DNA of 64,000 nt, taken from Nemertoderma westbladi (taxonomy: Eukaryota; Animalia; Xenacoelomorpha). Location of the stretch: positions 1-64,000 of the forward strand of contig JAUCBJ010009106.1 of NCBI GenBank assembly GCA_032718475.1. Reading direction: 5' to 3'. The notes beneath the pieces are model-generated. The model did not search any database. It was not told the origin of the DNA and saw only the letters and a list, made by a program, of their open reading frames with translations. The position numbers and the translations under genes are program-made. Positions 62,561-64,000 of this stretch are shown in pieces; the stretch's first letter is position 1; each line of letters starts with the position of its first letter.

Positions 62561-63248
62561 TCCAGTTTATATTCTTATTTTAAAATAAACTTTATTTCGC
62601 GAATATTTAATTTCGATATTCACCATTTAAGGTACCTTTTAAAGGAAAGTAGCAGTTTATGATGGCAGGCCTTTCCAACCAAAACAATAAACTAAGTTTA
62701 GGAACACAGGGTACAGTAAAACTTCTAGGCACAAATTTTTCAATATTAATTTAACATTAACACTATGCGAAGGCTGAAACGGCAATACCAGTACCGGTAC
62801 CCATTGGTCAGTAACGATAGGCCAGTACTGGTACCGGGAGGACAGTACCGTCATGATTTTGGTGTAGCACAATCACTCTCCAGTGCAAATGCCATATGAA
62901 AACAGCACTATTTGCTGTATGGTTTGTTTTCAAATATAGTTTCATTTCTTTCAAGAAGACCTACAACAAACTGTACAAAGGCCCCGGAATATAATGTCAT
63001 TAATTAGTCCTGTAGTTCTTCCGTAACCATAGTGATTCTTCTGTTATACTGATAGAAATCATGACGTTGCAGGAATTTCAAATGTGTTGTAACACAATCT
63101 CAGTTTCGATGAAATATAGCTGAGATATGGGCGTTCGAAAGATGCAATATCAGAATATACTTGCTTCCGCTGCAGGCCACTTATTCTATTTAATAAATTC
63201 ACATAATTCTGGAACACTTTATTTATTTGATCTGACTTGGCAACAATA

Positions 63249-63465
63249 CGGGGCTAGCTCAGTTTGTTGAACGCTGGGTTAACAAGCTGTTGGTGTTTGG
63301 TTCGAGTCCCAGCCAGGGTCCACTCGCAGCCTTTCATTCATTGGGGGTTGACAAAGTGAGCTGGGAGAAAAACAAGCGATAGGAGTGGCGCCCATCCCTA
63401 GGCTACCTTGGGTAGGAGCTATTGAAAGAAGAGCCGTAAGAGTCGCAACCGGCCTCATGCTTTTA
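63249..63465 (+). mobile_element. tRNA-derived SINE following a fragment of the foldback MITE family
   Basis: GGGGCTAGCTCAGT A-box, GGTTCGAGTCCC B-box, CAGCCTTTCATTC...GACAAAGTGAG core. Confidence 0.7.
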
Positions 63466-63879
63466 CAATGGCATTTGCACTGATCATTTGATTAATTCAT
63501 TAGTATTTCATGCTATGTACTGGTACTGGTACTGATTTAAATTCTCAGTACAGAAGCCACGATTAGTTGGGTTGGTACAGCTTACTATGCTCCAGACCAC
63601 AATGATGTATCAGTATCAGTCAACAGAGCTCTGCAAAAAACAATATACGGAGTCAGAAAGCTACCGAGACCGAGTAACTGTTAGTATTTTCTACTTATTT
63701 TTACAACACTATCGCATACAATCTGAATGTGCACGATTGTTGCTTTACTTTCAGTATATGTATGTATACTGTATGACAAAGCCCCGATGAATGGAAAGGA
63801 TAAAGAAGCTTTCAAATACATATAGATACGGGGATAAAATCAGTAACAAGTGGTTGTCAAGAAACTCCAACCTTCTGAC

Positions 63880-63900
63880 CTCTCCATTTTCGAATGGTGT
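63880..63900 (-). CDS. Possible 21-nt upstream RBM39 micro-exon, perhaps containing the start (AAA ATG GAG AG|A CGG)
   Basis: tacag|ACACCATTCGAAAATGGAGAG|gtcaga; phase-compatible with exon 62204; no homology support. Confidence 0.3.
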
Positions 63901-64000
63901 CTGTACCCAATTAAAGTCAATGTATATGTATAAAATGTATGTTTGGCAATGTGAGAAGGAAAGCTTGATTTCCATTGATACTCTAATATTAATCTACATA

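Overview
Repeat-rich animal (invertebrate-like) nuclear DNA with a 100-N scaffold gap at 15977-16076. The left ~39 kb is mostly tandem arrays (86-, 20-, ~31- and 40-bp units) and transposons: decayed RTE-type LINEs, Helentron-like non-autonomous elements, and one intact single-ORF CR1/L2-group LINE (2A-like motif, PHD, APE, RT) inserted into a satellite. The right part holds the splicing-factor gene RBM39/CAPER on the minus strand (7 coding exons resolved, 62204->39943, all GT-AG and phase-compatible; 5' end uncertain). An intronless WDR33 (CPSF poly(A)-signal reader) is nested antisense in its 15-kb intron. The most notable candidate system is in RBM39 intron 58964-60123: a cluster of three box C/D-like RNAs. 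One fits the +5 rule for U4 snRNA A65, one fits U5 G37, and an orphan one sits between two competing 5' splice sites whose downstream use would create a premature stop, as in NOP56/SNORD86. Comparisons with human proteins and snRNAs are from memory and need database confirmation.
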